Origin: Paraspadella gotoi
Lineage: Eukaryota; Animalia; Chaetognatha
Length of the DNA: 64,000 bases
Assembly (NCBI GenBank): GCA_051294375.1
Contig: CM119268.1
Coordinates: 5,140,759 to 5,204,758 of the forward strand
Reading direction: 5' to 3'
The notes under the pieces are model-generated. The model worked only from the letters and a program-made list of their open reading frames with translations, was not told the origin of the DNA and ran no database searches. Within the stretch, counting starts at the first letter, position 1, and every line of letters starts with the position of its first letter. Positions 13,539 through 26,500 of the stretch are shown here, piece after piece. The translations under genes and the position numbers were made by a program.

Positions 13539-13904
13539 GTAATTTCGTCCTGATTGATGAGCGATGATTGATGAGTAATAATGAGTGATGATGATTAATG
13601 ATGATTGTTGATTGGTGATTGATAATGATCGATGATTATTACGACGACGAAGATGATGATGATGATTGATGATGGATGATGATGTCGACTAACAGAATAG
13701 ATAGCTTTGCAGATAAAAAAAAAGGAGACAATTAAATTTTTATTGCGGAAACCGAAATTAAGGAAAGCAATAAAAAGACAAAAACTGAAGGAAAACAAAT
13801 AAATATCGGGAAAGAAATTTAAAAAAAAAATTGAATGAGAAAAAAGAAATTTCGGCAAGAGCTATTTTCCAAAAGCGCTCGATTTCTGTTCCTTAATCTT
13901 TGAA

Positions 13905-14115
13905 CTTAATTCTAGGCTTTCTAGCCCTAATATCTAACCCTAATCTTTTTTTAAAACCCATGATATAATCAACCCTAATCCGAAAACTTAATCCCTAATC
14001 TACGTATAACTCTAAGCCTTAATCCTTAACCGAAGTCCTTAATCCTTAGTCTCCAACCCTAATCCCTAACCGAATCCCTAACCTAATCCGTAACCCTTAT
14101 ATCTAACCAAAATCT
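13905..14115. repeat. Degenerate (CCCTAA/CCTAAT)-like array
   Basis: Recurring ccctaat, accctaat, ccttaat, ccctaacc units; too degenerate for a telomere. Confidence 0.6.
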
Positions 14116-14204
14116 TTAAACCAAAAAAGAATTCAATTCCGAATTTAAGCTTAAATAGGGTAACGAAGGGTAAGGAAGAGAGGAAGAAAGAAAAGTCGAT
14201 CTGA

Positions 14205-14610
14205 AAAGAATTAGATTTCTATTCTTACTCTTCTTTCTTCTTTTCTTTTTTCTCGACTCGTTCCTTTCCTCCTTTTTTCTTATTTCTTTACTTTCCTCAC
14301 TTTCCGTTTCTTTTTTCTCGACTCGTTCCTTTCCTCTTTTTTTCATTTCTTTATTTTCCTCACTTTCCTTTTTTTTTCTCAACTCGTTGCTTTCCTCCTT
14401 TTTTCTCGTTTTTTTTTATTTTCCTCACTTTCCTTCTTTTCTTTTTTCTTGACTTATTCCTTTCCTCCTTTTTCTCGTTTCTTTATTTTCCTCACTTTCC
14501 TTTTTTTCTTTTTTCTCAACTCGTACCTTTCCTCCTTTTTTATCGTTTCTTTTTTTTCCCTCAATTTCCTTCTTTTCTTTTTTCTCTACTTATTCCTTTT
14601 CTCTTTTTCT
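14205..14610. repeat. ~60-bp pyrimidine-rich minisatellite
   Basis: Recurring ttttcctcactttcc...ctcgactcgttcctttcctcct. Confidence 0.8.
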
Positions 14611-15075
14611 CCTTCCTTCTTTTCATAAATGCAGAACAATCTCCGTCATTCTTTACTTCTTTCCCTTTCTTCTTTCCCTTTCAACTTTCCCTTTCTTCTT
14701 TCTCTTTCAACTTCCTATTTCATTTTTCTACTTCTCGATTTCTCTTTCCTCCCTCCCCTCTTCCCTTCTCCTCTCATGCATATTTTCGTCTTCGGTATCT
14801 TGACCCAGATTCTCGGTGTGAAAAGCCTCATTCATCTTAGCGTTGAAACCGCCAGGGGGGGAGATGAGTAGCGGTGGCGGTTGATGGAGAGGCGGTTGAT
14901 GGAGTGGGGGTTTGATGGAGAGGCGGTTTGATGGAGCGACGATGATTGGAGCGGAAGTTTATCATTTTTTTACTACACATTTTTTTCTCTTTTTGTCTTT
15001 ATTTCTCACTTCTCTTCTTTTTTCTCTCTGTTTCTCTCTTTTTTTTCTCTCTCTGTCACTCTCTCTCTCTCTCCT

Positions 15076-15127
<52 letters not shown>

Positions 15128-15639
15128 TCCTTTTTCCTCTCCTCCTCCTTCTCCTCTTTCTCCTCCTCTTCTTCCCGCCACCCCTTGTTCTTTTTGTTTG
15201 TTTCGCCGGTCATTAAATTCCCGCCATTCGGGAGGGAGCCTTTCCAACGTCCCCTTTCCTTCAAGGGGGGTGTCACCTTAAAGGGAGATTTTACCGGAAC
15301 CAGAACAAAAACAGAACAAAAACAAGTACAAGAACATGAAGTAAAACATAATGCGCCACTAAACGCGTAATCGCCAGCTCGCCTTACTTTCTTTGTCGCT
15401 AAAAAAACTAAATAACCAGATGTGCCAAAATTCAAACCCCACTTAATAGTTACGCCATATTGGCGCCACATTTTTACAGGAGTAAGGCGCCCAAAATATA
15501 TTTGCTTAGGAAGTAGCTCTACTTTCAAGATGCTTAGCGCCAAAAAGTTAATGCATAATTAAATATCACCGATTTAAAAAAGTATGGTGCCAAAAAACTT
15601 AACACCTTATAAAATAAAAATAAAATAAATACAAAAATT

Positions 15640-15862
15640 AATTAGGTAGAACCGCTTTAAAGGAGTTAAAGCCTCATTAAATAGGACCGCTTTTAAGGAG
15701 CAAGGTGCCCATAAGTTAACTCCAGTTTAAAAAGCACTGTTTTAAAGGAGCAAGGCGCCCAAAAGTTAAAGACTAATTAAATAAAACCGCTTTAAAATGA
15801 GCAAAGCACCCCAAAAGTTAACTCCTAATTAAATAGCACCTCTTAAAAAAAGCAAGGCGCCC
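15640..15862. repeat. ~54-bp degenerate tandem repeat, about 4 units
   Basis: Recurring ttaaata..accgc(t)tttaaaggagcaaggcgcccaaaagttaa. Confidence 0.75.
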
Positions 15863-16019
15863 GAGACAGGGTGTCCCTCCAAAAAAAGAGGCGCCCAGAA
15901 AAAAAAAAAAAAAGAAGATCGACGCCCGAAAGAAAAACTGCGTCGGAGAAAAAATCCTTCGCCCATTTCCAAGATTGATGAGCGAACGGAACAGATTTGA
16001 GAAAAGGAGGGAGAAGGAT

Positions 16020-16860
16020 TTCGTCGTCGGTATCGTCGTCGTCGTCGTCGTCGTCATCTTTGTCGTTGTCGTCTTTTTTGTAGTCTTCATTGTGGTTTTT
16101 TTTTTCATCTTAGTCGGTCTCGTTGTCATCATCGTAGTTGTCGTTGTTGACGTCATCGTTGGTGGCGTTGTCGGTGTCTTCATCTTCATCATGGTCATCG
16201 TCATCATCTTCGTAGCCTTCGTCGTCGTCTTCATCTTCGTCGTCGTCGTCGTCTTCATCTTCGTCGTCGTCGTCGTCTTCATCTTCGTAGTTTTTGTCTT
16301 CTTTGTTCTCATCGGCGTCGTTGTCGTCATTAATGTTGTTGTTCTCGTCAATGTTGTTGTCATCGTCGTCAGTCAGTAGTCTTCTTTGTTGTCGTCATTA
16401 TCGTCTTTGTCCAAGTCATTTTCGTCGTCGTCGTTGTTTTACTCAGCTTCATCTTCGTCGTCGTCGTCGTCGTCGTCGTCGTCTTTAAGCTCTTCTCCGT
16501 GAACAGTTTCATCGTTGTTGTTTCATTGCCATTTTTTTTCTTCCTTTACCCTGAATGCCTTGGGTGATAACAACAACGACAACGATTTGCGTTGTCTTCT
16601 TCCATTTACCTCAATTTATTTCGAATTCGGTCTTCGTCTCTGTCGTCGTCGTCGTCTTTTTTAACGTCTTCATCGTGGTGGTCGTCTTTGTCATCATTGT
16701 CGTCTTCTTCTTCTTAGTTATCGTCGTCGTTGTCGTCATCTTTGTTGTCGTTGTTATCGTCGTCTTCGTCGTCTTGGCTGTTGTTTTTCGTCGTTGTCGT
16801 CGTGGACTTTTTTCCCTCCTTTGTCGTCTTGGTCGTCGTTGTCGTCGTCGTCTTTTTCTT
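16020..16860. repeat. Long degenerate (GTC)n/(GAC)n trinucleotide tract (others at e.g. 225-440, 3390-3590, 42570-43080, 48265-48435)
   Basis: Directly visible; source of spurious poly-V/T/D/R ORFs. Confidence 0.9.
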
Positions 16861-17006
16861 CTTCCCTCTCTTCGTCATCCCCATCGCCGTCTTAGTATTT
16901 GTATTATTTATTCAATAAATAACAGTACATTAAAAAGTAGCTGAAATTGACTGACGTCAATCTCAATTCTGGTAGACAATTCTTTCTTTCTTTCTTTCTC
17001 TCCCTC

Positions 17007-17082
<76 letters not shown>

Positions 17083-17545
17083 TGCCTCTTTTTTGCATTA
17101 GGATCAATTTGTCAAAATACTGTTTTTGTCTTTGTCATCTTCTTTTAATTGTCATCTTCTTGTAATTTCATAATTTTTTTCTTGATTTTTCTTAATTTTT
17201 AGTAATATTTTTTTTAAATTCAAAGTCAGCATATTTATCTACTTTTTTCACTTTTTTCAATTTTAATGCTTTTCTCTCGTCGACCGAATTATGGCTCTTT
17301 TTTTTTCTTGAGTCTTCTTTGAAGTAGCGATAATGGAATTTCCTCTCTCTCTCTCTCTATCTCTCTCTCTCTTTCGTTTTTAATAAATTTTTCCTTTCAA
17401 ACTCTTCTTTTTTTGCGAAATTTTCATGCGAAAACAAATTGTTTCCAATTTTGGTTTTCTGCCAAAAGTGGGTTTTCACTTTTTAGATTTTATTTTTTCT
17501 ATTCGTATTTCATTATTTCTTTGTTTCTTCCTTCCTCTATCTCTG

Positions 17546-17635
<90 letters not shown>

Positions 17636-18939
17636 TTATTTCCTTTTCTTTACTTAAATTTTTGCTTAGTTTGTGTCAGTTTTTTAAATTTTATTTTCCT
17701 TAAATTTATTTAGTGTTTTATATTCATTTTCCGCTATCCTGTTATATAAAAAAAATAATATCTGTTTTCCGTTTTGCCTTATTTTTTCAATCTTTTCTTC
17801 TTTTTTTTTAACCCATTTTCTTATCTATTTTTCTGGCGACAACGAGGTTTCACGACGAAGCTTAAAAGTTCCTTCAAGAAAAAAAAGCAAAAACCATTAC
17901 AATCGCACGATGCGCTTCAAGGGAACAACCGTTCAAACAAATTCAGTTTCATTTGAAATTGTATTTTCTTCAACTATGTCGCAATAACGACGCAATGATA
18001 TAATCAATTGACTATGACATTTTACTTACAAACATAAAGCTAATAATTAAAAACAGCTGACAAATAAACTGTTTTGCCTCAACACGAGCTACGCTTTAAA
18101 CTCGGGGTGTGAGTCACAAACAGATTAGACAAAGGTGGTGGAGGCTGTAGCGGCGGTGGAGGCGGCGGCGGCGGCGGCGGCGGCGGTGGAGGCGGCGTGA
18201 CTTGGCGTCGGGTTAAGTCAAAACTTTGTGGTTGAGAAATAATTTAGTATTTAAATGGTTTGACTTATGGACTTTTTTAAAGTAAAAACCGCTAAATAGC
18301 AACCATTTTAATTTATTTAATGACAATAGAACTGACAGGACGAAATTATGCTAGAATAAACTTACGACGACGAAGATGACGACGACAGCCATAATTATTT
18401 CCCGTCCTAAATTAACGCTCGTCTTTTGTTTATTGATTTTTTTCTGCTCGTCTTCAAGAGTAGTACCGAAGCGCCCTCTACCATCTAGGAAAAAAGTATA
18501 TCACATTATTGTTGAAAAGTTCATTTATTCAATTTATAATATACAAAACATTTGAAAACTTTTGCATTCTTTCTTTTGTCATCTACAATTCTACATGCTT
18601 TTTTTTTCTTCTCCCCCTATTTTTTCCGCCTATTTCCTTCTTCTTTGTGTCGTTCGCTTTCTCCCTTCGTTTTTTTCATTTCTTTACTTTTCGTTTTTCC
18701 TTTTTCTCCCCGTTAAAATTTCGCTTTTTTGTTTTCTTTGTTTCAATTTACTTTTCGCATCACAAATGGGAAATCGCGATTCAGTCTGTCTGTCTGTCCG
18801 TCTCGTCAGTCCGTCACACGCGGAATACTCAAATCGTAGAGGCAGAAAAAAAAGATGTCACCCTAATTGTTCCAAAGGCAAACTCTCCCTCTCTCTCTCC
18901 CTCTCTCTCTCTCTACTCTCTTTTCTCTCTGTTCTCTCT

Positions 18940-18980
<41 letters not shown>

Positions 18981-19602
18981 TCTCCCCCACTTATTTTGCG
19001 CCCCCCGGGGTCCAAGACAAAGAAGAAATGCAAATTAGTTTTTCTTCCGGCGAGAAAATGAGATAAGGCCCGAGGCAATGTCGAAGATCGGGTCAGGTCG
19101 AAAAATGGTTGGGTGACCCGAGGCTGACCCCAAGATCCACCCGAGGCTGACCCCAGCCAAGGTCGACAACGAGGTTGACCCTGGGGCGTTACTATCTTGG
19201 TTGATCAATGACCACTGTTCACTGAACAGAGTTCAGGCTAATCTTGGAGGATAACTTTAAAAGTAAGAAGAAAGAGATCCGAGGTTCATCACTGATAAGA
19301 ATGTTTAAAAACATTTACACGAATGGCGAGATATCAAAATTTAATTTAAATTATTTTTTCCCTAATGTTAATTCAGCTCGATCTCGTGTTTACGTAGACA
19401 ACAACAAAATAGAAGAGTCCCAACGACCCAAATCGGCGCAGAAGCATTTCTGCGAGCAGCATTACTGTTCCAGATCGAATATTTGCTGCAATTTTTGCGG
19501 CAAATGTGTAGCGTCATCCAGGATTGAATTTTGGTCTCTCAGTGGATCGGTCGGCTTGCTCCTTCTTTCTTACTCTCTCTTTTTCTCTCTCTCTCCTCTT
19601 CT

Positions 19603-19687
<85 letters not shown>

Positions 19688-20078
19688 ACCTTTCTTTCAC
19701 TTGAAAAAACCCGCTCTTCATTGGCTTTTTGCATTCAAAGGATTTCTCGTTTCAGATCGTTGATGAATTCTTAAACGTTTTCTTCTCTCTCCTCCTCAAC
19801 ATTTTTTTCCTCCCTTTCTCTCCCGCCTTTCTTTCCTTTCTTCCTCCCTTCCTCGATCTTTCTTCCTCCATCCGTCGTGTTCCTCCCTTTCCTCCTTCTA
19901 CGTATCTCCTTCCTTTTCTCTCCTCCCTCCATTTTTTCTCCCTCTCTCCCCTTCTTTCTACCTCCCTTCCTTCCTTCCTTCATTTTCTTTGCTTCATTAA
20001 CTCCCGACGAAAAAATTATGTTTCTTCATCATTTCCTCTCATCGAGTTTTTAGCCGCATCTGCTTACAGAAGATTCAC

Positions 20079-20295
20079 TCTGTCGGTCCGTCTGTCCATC
20101 CATCTGTCCGTTCGTTCATCGGTTCGTCCCCCCTTAGCCTTAAACCCCAATTATTCATGACTGGATGGGGCGATTTACTTTAAATTTTGTGTGTGAGTAA
20201 AGACGTACGTGATTGAGGTGGAAAACAAGTTTTGATGGAATCGTCCGAGTAAAAATGGGTTTAAATGGAGACAACAAAAAACCCGTTTCACTACT
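20079..20295 (+). mobile_element. Interspersed repeat with (GTCC/GTCT)n head and conserved core; DINE-1/Helentron-associated (HINE)-like
   Basis: gtccgtctgtccatccatctgtccgttcg followed by gactggatggggcgatttactttaaattttgtgtg...gatggaatcgtccgagt. Second copy at 5071-5305. The family assignment is inferred from architecture only. Confidence 0.4.
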
Positions 20296-20834
20296 TTCGT
20301 TATTATGTTTTTTCTTTTTAAATTGAATATAAACATAACCTGAAACAACTTTAACTACAATAATTAATTGATTAAGTAAATTACTGATCATTATTTAATC
20401 AGCTGCTCACCGCTAATGATTGAGGGCAGATTCGGTATTGTTTGGTCAAACTGGTTTGAAAAAATTTATCCTCTCCTATTTCCTATTATTTTTCTATTAC
20501 TCAATTTACTTCTTCTATATTTTCTCCTTTATGAATTTGGTACAACCAATATAAAAGTGATCCATTCATTTAATAAATAAACTATCTCGCCCCTAACTTT
20601 GGAAAGGCTTTCGTGAGTTAAGGCTTCCACACTTACAAGATAATACTTAATTGCAAATCAGGACCCAGCAAGTTTTCAATAGAGACGACCTGGTTTTCTT
20701 AGCAATGAAATGATATAATATTTCAAAGAATATTTCAATTCAATTATATTCCCTCATGTCTCAGTTTTCATCTTATGTTCATCTAAACCCTTTTTTTTTC
20801 TTCCATCGCGTATCTTATTTTTATTTTAATATTT

Positions 20835-21450
20835 CCCCCCGATTTTCCTCCCTCTTCTATTTTCCATTTTTCTTTTTCCACTTCCCTTTTTTCTTTCCTC
20901 CCATTTTCCTTCCTTTTCTACTTTCCATTTTCCATTTTCCACTTCCCTTTTTTCTTTCCTCCCATTTCCTCCCTTTTCTTCTTTCCATTTTCCTTTTTCC
21001 ACTTCCCTCTTTTCTTTCCTCCCTTTTTCCTCCTTCTATTATCCATTTTCCTTTTTCCACTTCCCTGCTTTCTTTATTCCCATTTTCCTCCCTCTTCTAT
21101 TTCCATTTTCCTTTTTCCACTTCCCTCTGTTCTTTCCTCCCATTATCCTCCCTCTTTTATTTTTCATTTTCTTTTTCCACTTCCCTCTTTTCTTTCCTCC
21201 CATTTTCCTCCCTCTTCTACTTTCAATTTTCCTTTTTCCACTTCCCTCTTTACTTTCCTCCCATTTTCCTCCCTTTTCTATTTCTATTTCCTTTTTCCAC
21301 TTCCCTTTTTTCCCTCCCATTTTCCTCCCTCTTCTATTTTCTATTTTCCTTTTTCCACTTCCCTTAATCCTTCCTCCCATTTTCTTCCCTCTTCTATTTT
21401 CCATTTTCCTTTTTCCACTTCCCTATTTTCTTTCCTCCCATTTTTCACTT
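20835..21450. repeat. ~60-bp polypyrimidine minisatellite, about 10 units
   Basis: Unit approx. cccattttcctccctcttctattttccattttcctttttccacttccct..tttctttcct. Confidence 0.88.
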
Positions 21451-21497
21451 CAAGGATTCTGAGGAGTTGATAACGCGTTCTTAACGAGGTCGTTCCC

Positions 21498-21635
21498 CGT
21501 TCATCTTCCATTCATTCATCGATGATCCATTCATAGCCCAACATGGATTCATTCCTCGTTCATCTTCCATTCATTCATCGATGATCCATTCATAGCCCAA
21601 CATGGATTCATTCCTCGTTCATCGTCCATTCATTC
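21498..21635. repeat. 59-bp tandem repeat (2.3 units)
   Basis: cgttcatcttccattcattcatcgatgatccattcatagcccaacatggattcattcct starts at 21498 and 21557, with a partial unit at 21616. Confidence 0.92.
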
Positions 21636-21795
21636 CTAGTTCGTCGATCATACATTCTTCGTTTGTCGATCATTCATTTCTCGTTCATCGTTCATTCTTT
21701 CCTCGTTCAAAGTCTTTGAATTACAAGTTTGCGTTTAATTTGATTTTTTGACGATGTACGATAAATGAGCCAGTAGATTGAGACTTGGTAAAAAT

Positions 21796-21844
<49 letters not shown>

Positions 21845-21982
21845 AAGATTACTACATTTAGAATAAAAGATTTCGCCTCTTATTCCATAACAAGAGAAGA
21901 AAAAAGCCGCCAAGAACAGTCGCTAGAATTATAAAAATATATTTTCTTTCTCTCCATCTCTCTCTTTCTCCCTCTCATACTA

Positions 21983-22014
<32 letters not shown>

Positions 22015-22017
22015 CTC

Positions 22018-22059
<42 letters not shown>

Positions 22060-22883
22060 CTGTCTGCCCTCCCCAAAAAACTGGAAATCCCTCGGAATCT
22101 CCCTTTTTATTAGATCCTTTAAAAAATGGGGAAAAAATGGGGAGACGTGAAGGGAAAGAGGAATAAAGGAATATCTCTCCCTTTATTGTTTGTTTTCTCT
22201 GCGCCATTTTGACAGTATGTACCGGCCATAACGACTTTTTTTCTATTTTCTTTTCATTTCTTTTACCTTTTTTTTTCTTTTCATTTTCTTTTTTTATTTT
22301 TTTATTTTTTTTTTCTTTGTTTTCGTTTCTTATTTTTTTTTATTTTTTTTTATTCTTTTAATTTTGTCTTTTCTTTTCTTTTTTCTTTTATGTTGAGTTC
22401 GTTTTATCTTTTCTTTTCCTTTTTCTTTCTTTTGGTTTTCATTGCATTTTATTTTCTGTTCCTTTTTTTACCATTTCTTTTTTTCTTTTTCTTTTTTTGT
22501 AATTGATCTTTTAATTATTTATTTTCACTTACAATTACAATTTTGTTTTGGTTTTCGTTAATTTCTATTTTTTCTCTCTACCTCTTTTTTTCTTTTCTTC
22601 CTTCCCCTTAACCCTCCTCCAGTTTTAGATTCCATCCACACGCTCTTGTCATAACACGTGATTCCATTTGCTTTTTCGATCCCAACATCGTCTTGGAAGT
22701 CACGTGACACAGAGCAGAGTTTGAAGCCAGGCGCTATTTAAATGGCTGGAGAGAGAGAGAGAGAGANNNNNNNNNNNNNNNNNNNNNNNNNNNNNNNNNN
22801 NNNNNNNNNNNNNNNNNNNNNNNNNNNNNNNNNNNNNNNNNNNNNNNNNNNNNNNNNNNNNNNNNNNNNNNNNNNNNNNNNNN

Positions 22884-22918
<35 letters not shown>

Positions 22919-23055
22919 AGAGTTTGAAGCGAGGCGCTTTTAAATGGAGAGCGTTGACAAATGAGGTCGCCGTGCTGGGGAAGGGGGGGCGTTTAAAGGG
23001 ATGTTCTTCAACAGGAGTTGATGTTGTTGAACGATGCGAGGAATGAATGAGAAAT

Positions 23056-23088
<33 letters not shown>

Positions 23089-23467
23089 TAGAGACGTTCC
23101 TCAACAAATTACTTGTTGTGTCGGTATTTACCCAAAAAAAAGAGAGAATTGTGTTGTTGTTATGTTCTTTGAGCCTTTAAAGAAGAGTCATCTCTTTTGT
23201 CAAAAGTTGATTGGTTCTGCTTCCCCTTATTGTCAGTAGTGATTGGTTCTCCTTTCAAAGGACGTCAGGGTTAATAGTTTTTAGGAAGCAAGTGTTTTTA
23301 TACATTGGTTTAATTTATTTTTAATATGACTAAAGTTTATCACTTTGCTATATTTATTTCTGTTTTATCTTTTTTCTTTCCTCTCTTTCCTCCCCCCTAT
23401 TCTTCTTTTTCCTTTCTTTCTTTGCCCTCTTCCACCATTTCACAAAGATTCACCTTTTTACCCACAG

Positions 23468-23629
23468 CGTCACCAGTGACCTCCTCCTCCTCCTTCTCCT
23501 CCTCCTCCTCGTCCTCCTCCGGCGATGACATCCCCAACTGTTCGTCGCTCGAACTTCGATGTCGCGAGGACGACGACTGCAGAGGAAGACTCGACGACTA
23601 TATCTATGGATGTGCCGAGGATGTGGAAG
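23468..23629 (+). CDS. Gfrl: Gfrl-like gene, exon C: first part of second GFRalpha domain (D3-like)
   Basis: ASPVT-S(n)-GDDIPNCSSLELRCREDDDCRGRLDDYIYGCAEDVE matches the GFRalpha D3 start pattern PNC-x6-C-x5-CRxRLxxF/YxxxC. Acceptor cacag at 23463-67, donor gtgaga at 23630; phase 1/1. Confidence 0.9.
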
Positions 23630-23631
23630 GT

Positions 23632-23719
<88 letters not shown>

Positions 23720-23781
23720 ATATTAAAATTACACACACCCGTTTCAAACTTATCTATTGACTGACTCTTCTCCAACCCAAG

Positions 23782-24028
23782 GGAAATGTCTTCGCTCATC
23801 GCGCCGAGGCCTGCGAATATCCGCTCATCGGTCTCCTTGGAACGATACTCACCTCGGAATGCACCCTGCGACGACGACGACGACAAACGACGACGCGCGC
23901 AGGGGAATCAACATCTGACAGACGACGTCAGGTAGAAACGGACGCTTGTCCTTGGAACGGGTCGTTCAACTCAGTTCGTCTGAATGTCCAAGACGGCGCT
24001 TTCTTCATTTTAGACAGAGACGGAGAGC

Positions 24029-24115
<87 letters not shown>

Positions 24116-25136
24116 GAGAGCGAGAGAGAGAGAGAGAGGAGAGAGAGAGAAGGAGAGAGAGAGAGAGAGAGAGAAATGAGAGGCCTGAAAATGGAAAAAA
24201 TAAAATAAGGAAAAAAAAAGAAACTAAAGGCAAAGAGAATGAGAAGAAAAGATATGAAGAAAGATGTCAGAAATGATAATGACAAAGGAATTAAGGAATA
24301 AAGAAAAAGAATAAAAGATCAAATAGCAAGCAAATTCGAAAGGATATCAGTTTCTTATCTCATTGGATTACATGATATGATATCGGATGTCGGAAACTTC
24401 GGAGAGCGAGCGTCTTCCTCCGTTTTAGCTTTTATAGTTTATACTATAAATGTATTATTACAACTACTACGGCTACTACTGAATATGTAGCTTTTTCAGT
24501 ATCAGTGGTTTGTTTGAAATCCGTTAACATTGTAAAAATTATCATGCTTTCTTTCACGAGTCTTATTGTGCAGAATACCGGTTCAACTCATATAATTATT
24601 TTTTGTAACGACCTCCAAACTAGTTAGAACATTCAACCTCATTTTCCAGGAAAATTCATTGCAATGGTCGCGTTTTACAGTTAACAGTTGACAGTTAGTT
24701 CTGTGCAGTTTACAAGTTTACCAACAACATTCTTTGACAGTTGAATCTTCGTGTATACGTAATATTTACGACATGAAAACAATTTTAAATATTGTTTTAC
24801 ATCTCGCCCCCTTTTTTTCACTCATTTTGGCTGACTTATGTATATGTATGGATGATTTGTTTGTTTTCTGTACTGAATCAACCTTGTTGCATTCGAATAA
24901 AGCGCTTTATAACATGCTTCTTCGTAAATTCGTAATCTGATTAAATCATTAAACTTATTCACTCAAATGCGACTCGTAATTTTATTTATCTCCCTCTCTC
25001 TCTTTTTCTTTCTTTCTCTCTTTCTCTCTTTCTCTCTCTCTCTCTCATCTTCTCTCTCTCTCTCTCTCTGTGAATTAAAATTTATAATAGTATTGTTTAT
25101 GTTGTACTAATATACATCAACTCTCTTCTCTCTCGT

Positions 25137-25176
<40 letters not shown>

Positions 25177-25343
25177 GTCTCACGTCCTCTCTCTCTCTCT
25201 CTCTCTCTCCACCTTGTCTTCCAATCGTGCCTGTGCAACTGAAAGACATTCCTTAGCTAATTGAGTAAAAAATAGGGAGAGTCACGCAGTAGCAATTTCA
25301 ACACGTTGCTTCCGCCTTTGTTCTGTCTCGTCTCCGACTCTTC

Positions 25344-25389
<46 letters not shown>

Positions 25390-26407
25390 ATCTCTCTCTC
25401 TCTCTCTCCTCTCTCCTCTCTCCTCTCTCTCTCTCTCGTTTTCTAATGAGACCTCCCGTTTCGTTCTTCTCTCTTTCTTCTTCAATAATTTAACAATAAA
25501 CTTTTCATCTCGGTGTTTTATCATTCACAAGCATTTGTCACTTCCGCGTTTTTCATCCCACCCAACTGAATTTTGGCAAGATCGCGTTTTAATTTTTTTA
25601 ATAAATGTTTTTTTTAAAAGTAACAGGATGCTTCTATATCTATAAATTATAATAATAGTTTCGTTTGGCGTTGCTATCTTCCACCAATTGTTCCCAGAAG
25701 AAATCAACTGTCAAAATGATCTTTGTGGTTGAAAATTACAAAATAAAGTTGGTTAACATCTCGATTATATTTTTTTAAAACTATGAAATAGCCTTGTCAT
25801 ATAGATCCAAGACTATCTACCCAAAAGGTCATTGGTCAAAGGTCAAAGGTCATGAAGACTAAAAATAAAGGTCGAGACTCCTGGTGACATGACCCTTGAT
25901 GAACCTGGAAAAGAAAATGTTTAATTCTCGTCTTTCTTCTCGGATCTCGACAAGCGAAATATTAGAATTCGTTACGGAGGTTACTTTAATTTCTATGAAA
26001 TGAAATACTGAAGACCACACTTCCCACCTCCTTCTCTACCTGTCCTCCTCCCTCCTCCTGCTCCTCCTCCTTCTCCTCCTCCTCCCTCTCTTTACTTAGA
26101 TGCGTCCACGCCCAGACTCGGCGTCGCCAATAATTCTTGTGCATCTCGGAACGAAACTCGATTTATCATTTAGCGACGCAAAATCTCAAGGAAGTGGTGG
26201 AGCGGTTTTTGTCTCTCCGCCAATCGAGAGGCGGTCTAACCGACGCCACCAACGAGTTCCACGGTGGATGGCGTGGTGGTGGCGGCGGAGCGGGCGGAGG
26301 CGGCGGCGGAGGCGGTGGTGGCGGGGTGACTGCGGTCAAGAAAAGAAACGCGGGTGAAACGGGCGGCCGCTAAATTTCAGGTAAAAATTCGTTGATAAAT
26401 AAACATT

Positions 26408-26463
<56 letters not shown>

Positions 26464-26465
26464 TA

Positions 26466-26500
<35 letters not shown>

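Noticed and set aside
13905-14115. Interstitial telomere
   Set aside because: No run of perfect CCCTAA units; highly degenerate.
15818-16944. Poly-Val 'membrane protein' and poly-Thr ORFs
   Set aside because: Degenerate (GTC)n microsatellite, open in several frames.
19244-19774. ORF with Cys cluster HFCEQHYCSRSNICCNFCGKC, as a possible extra Gfrl exon or zinc finger
   Set aside because: Cys spacing fits neither GFRalpha nor a finger, there are no convincing splice sites, and it coincides with DNA palindromes.
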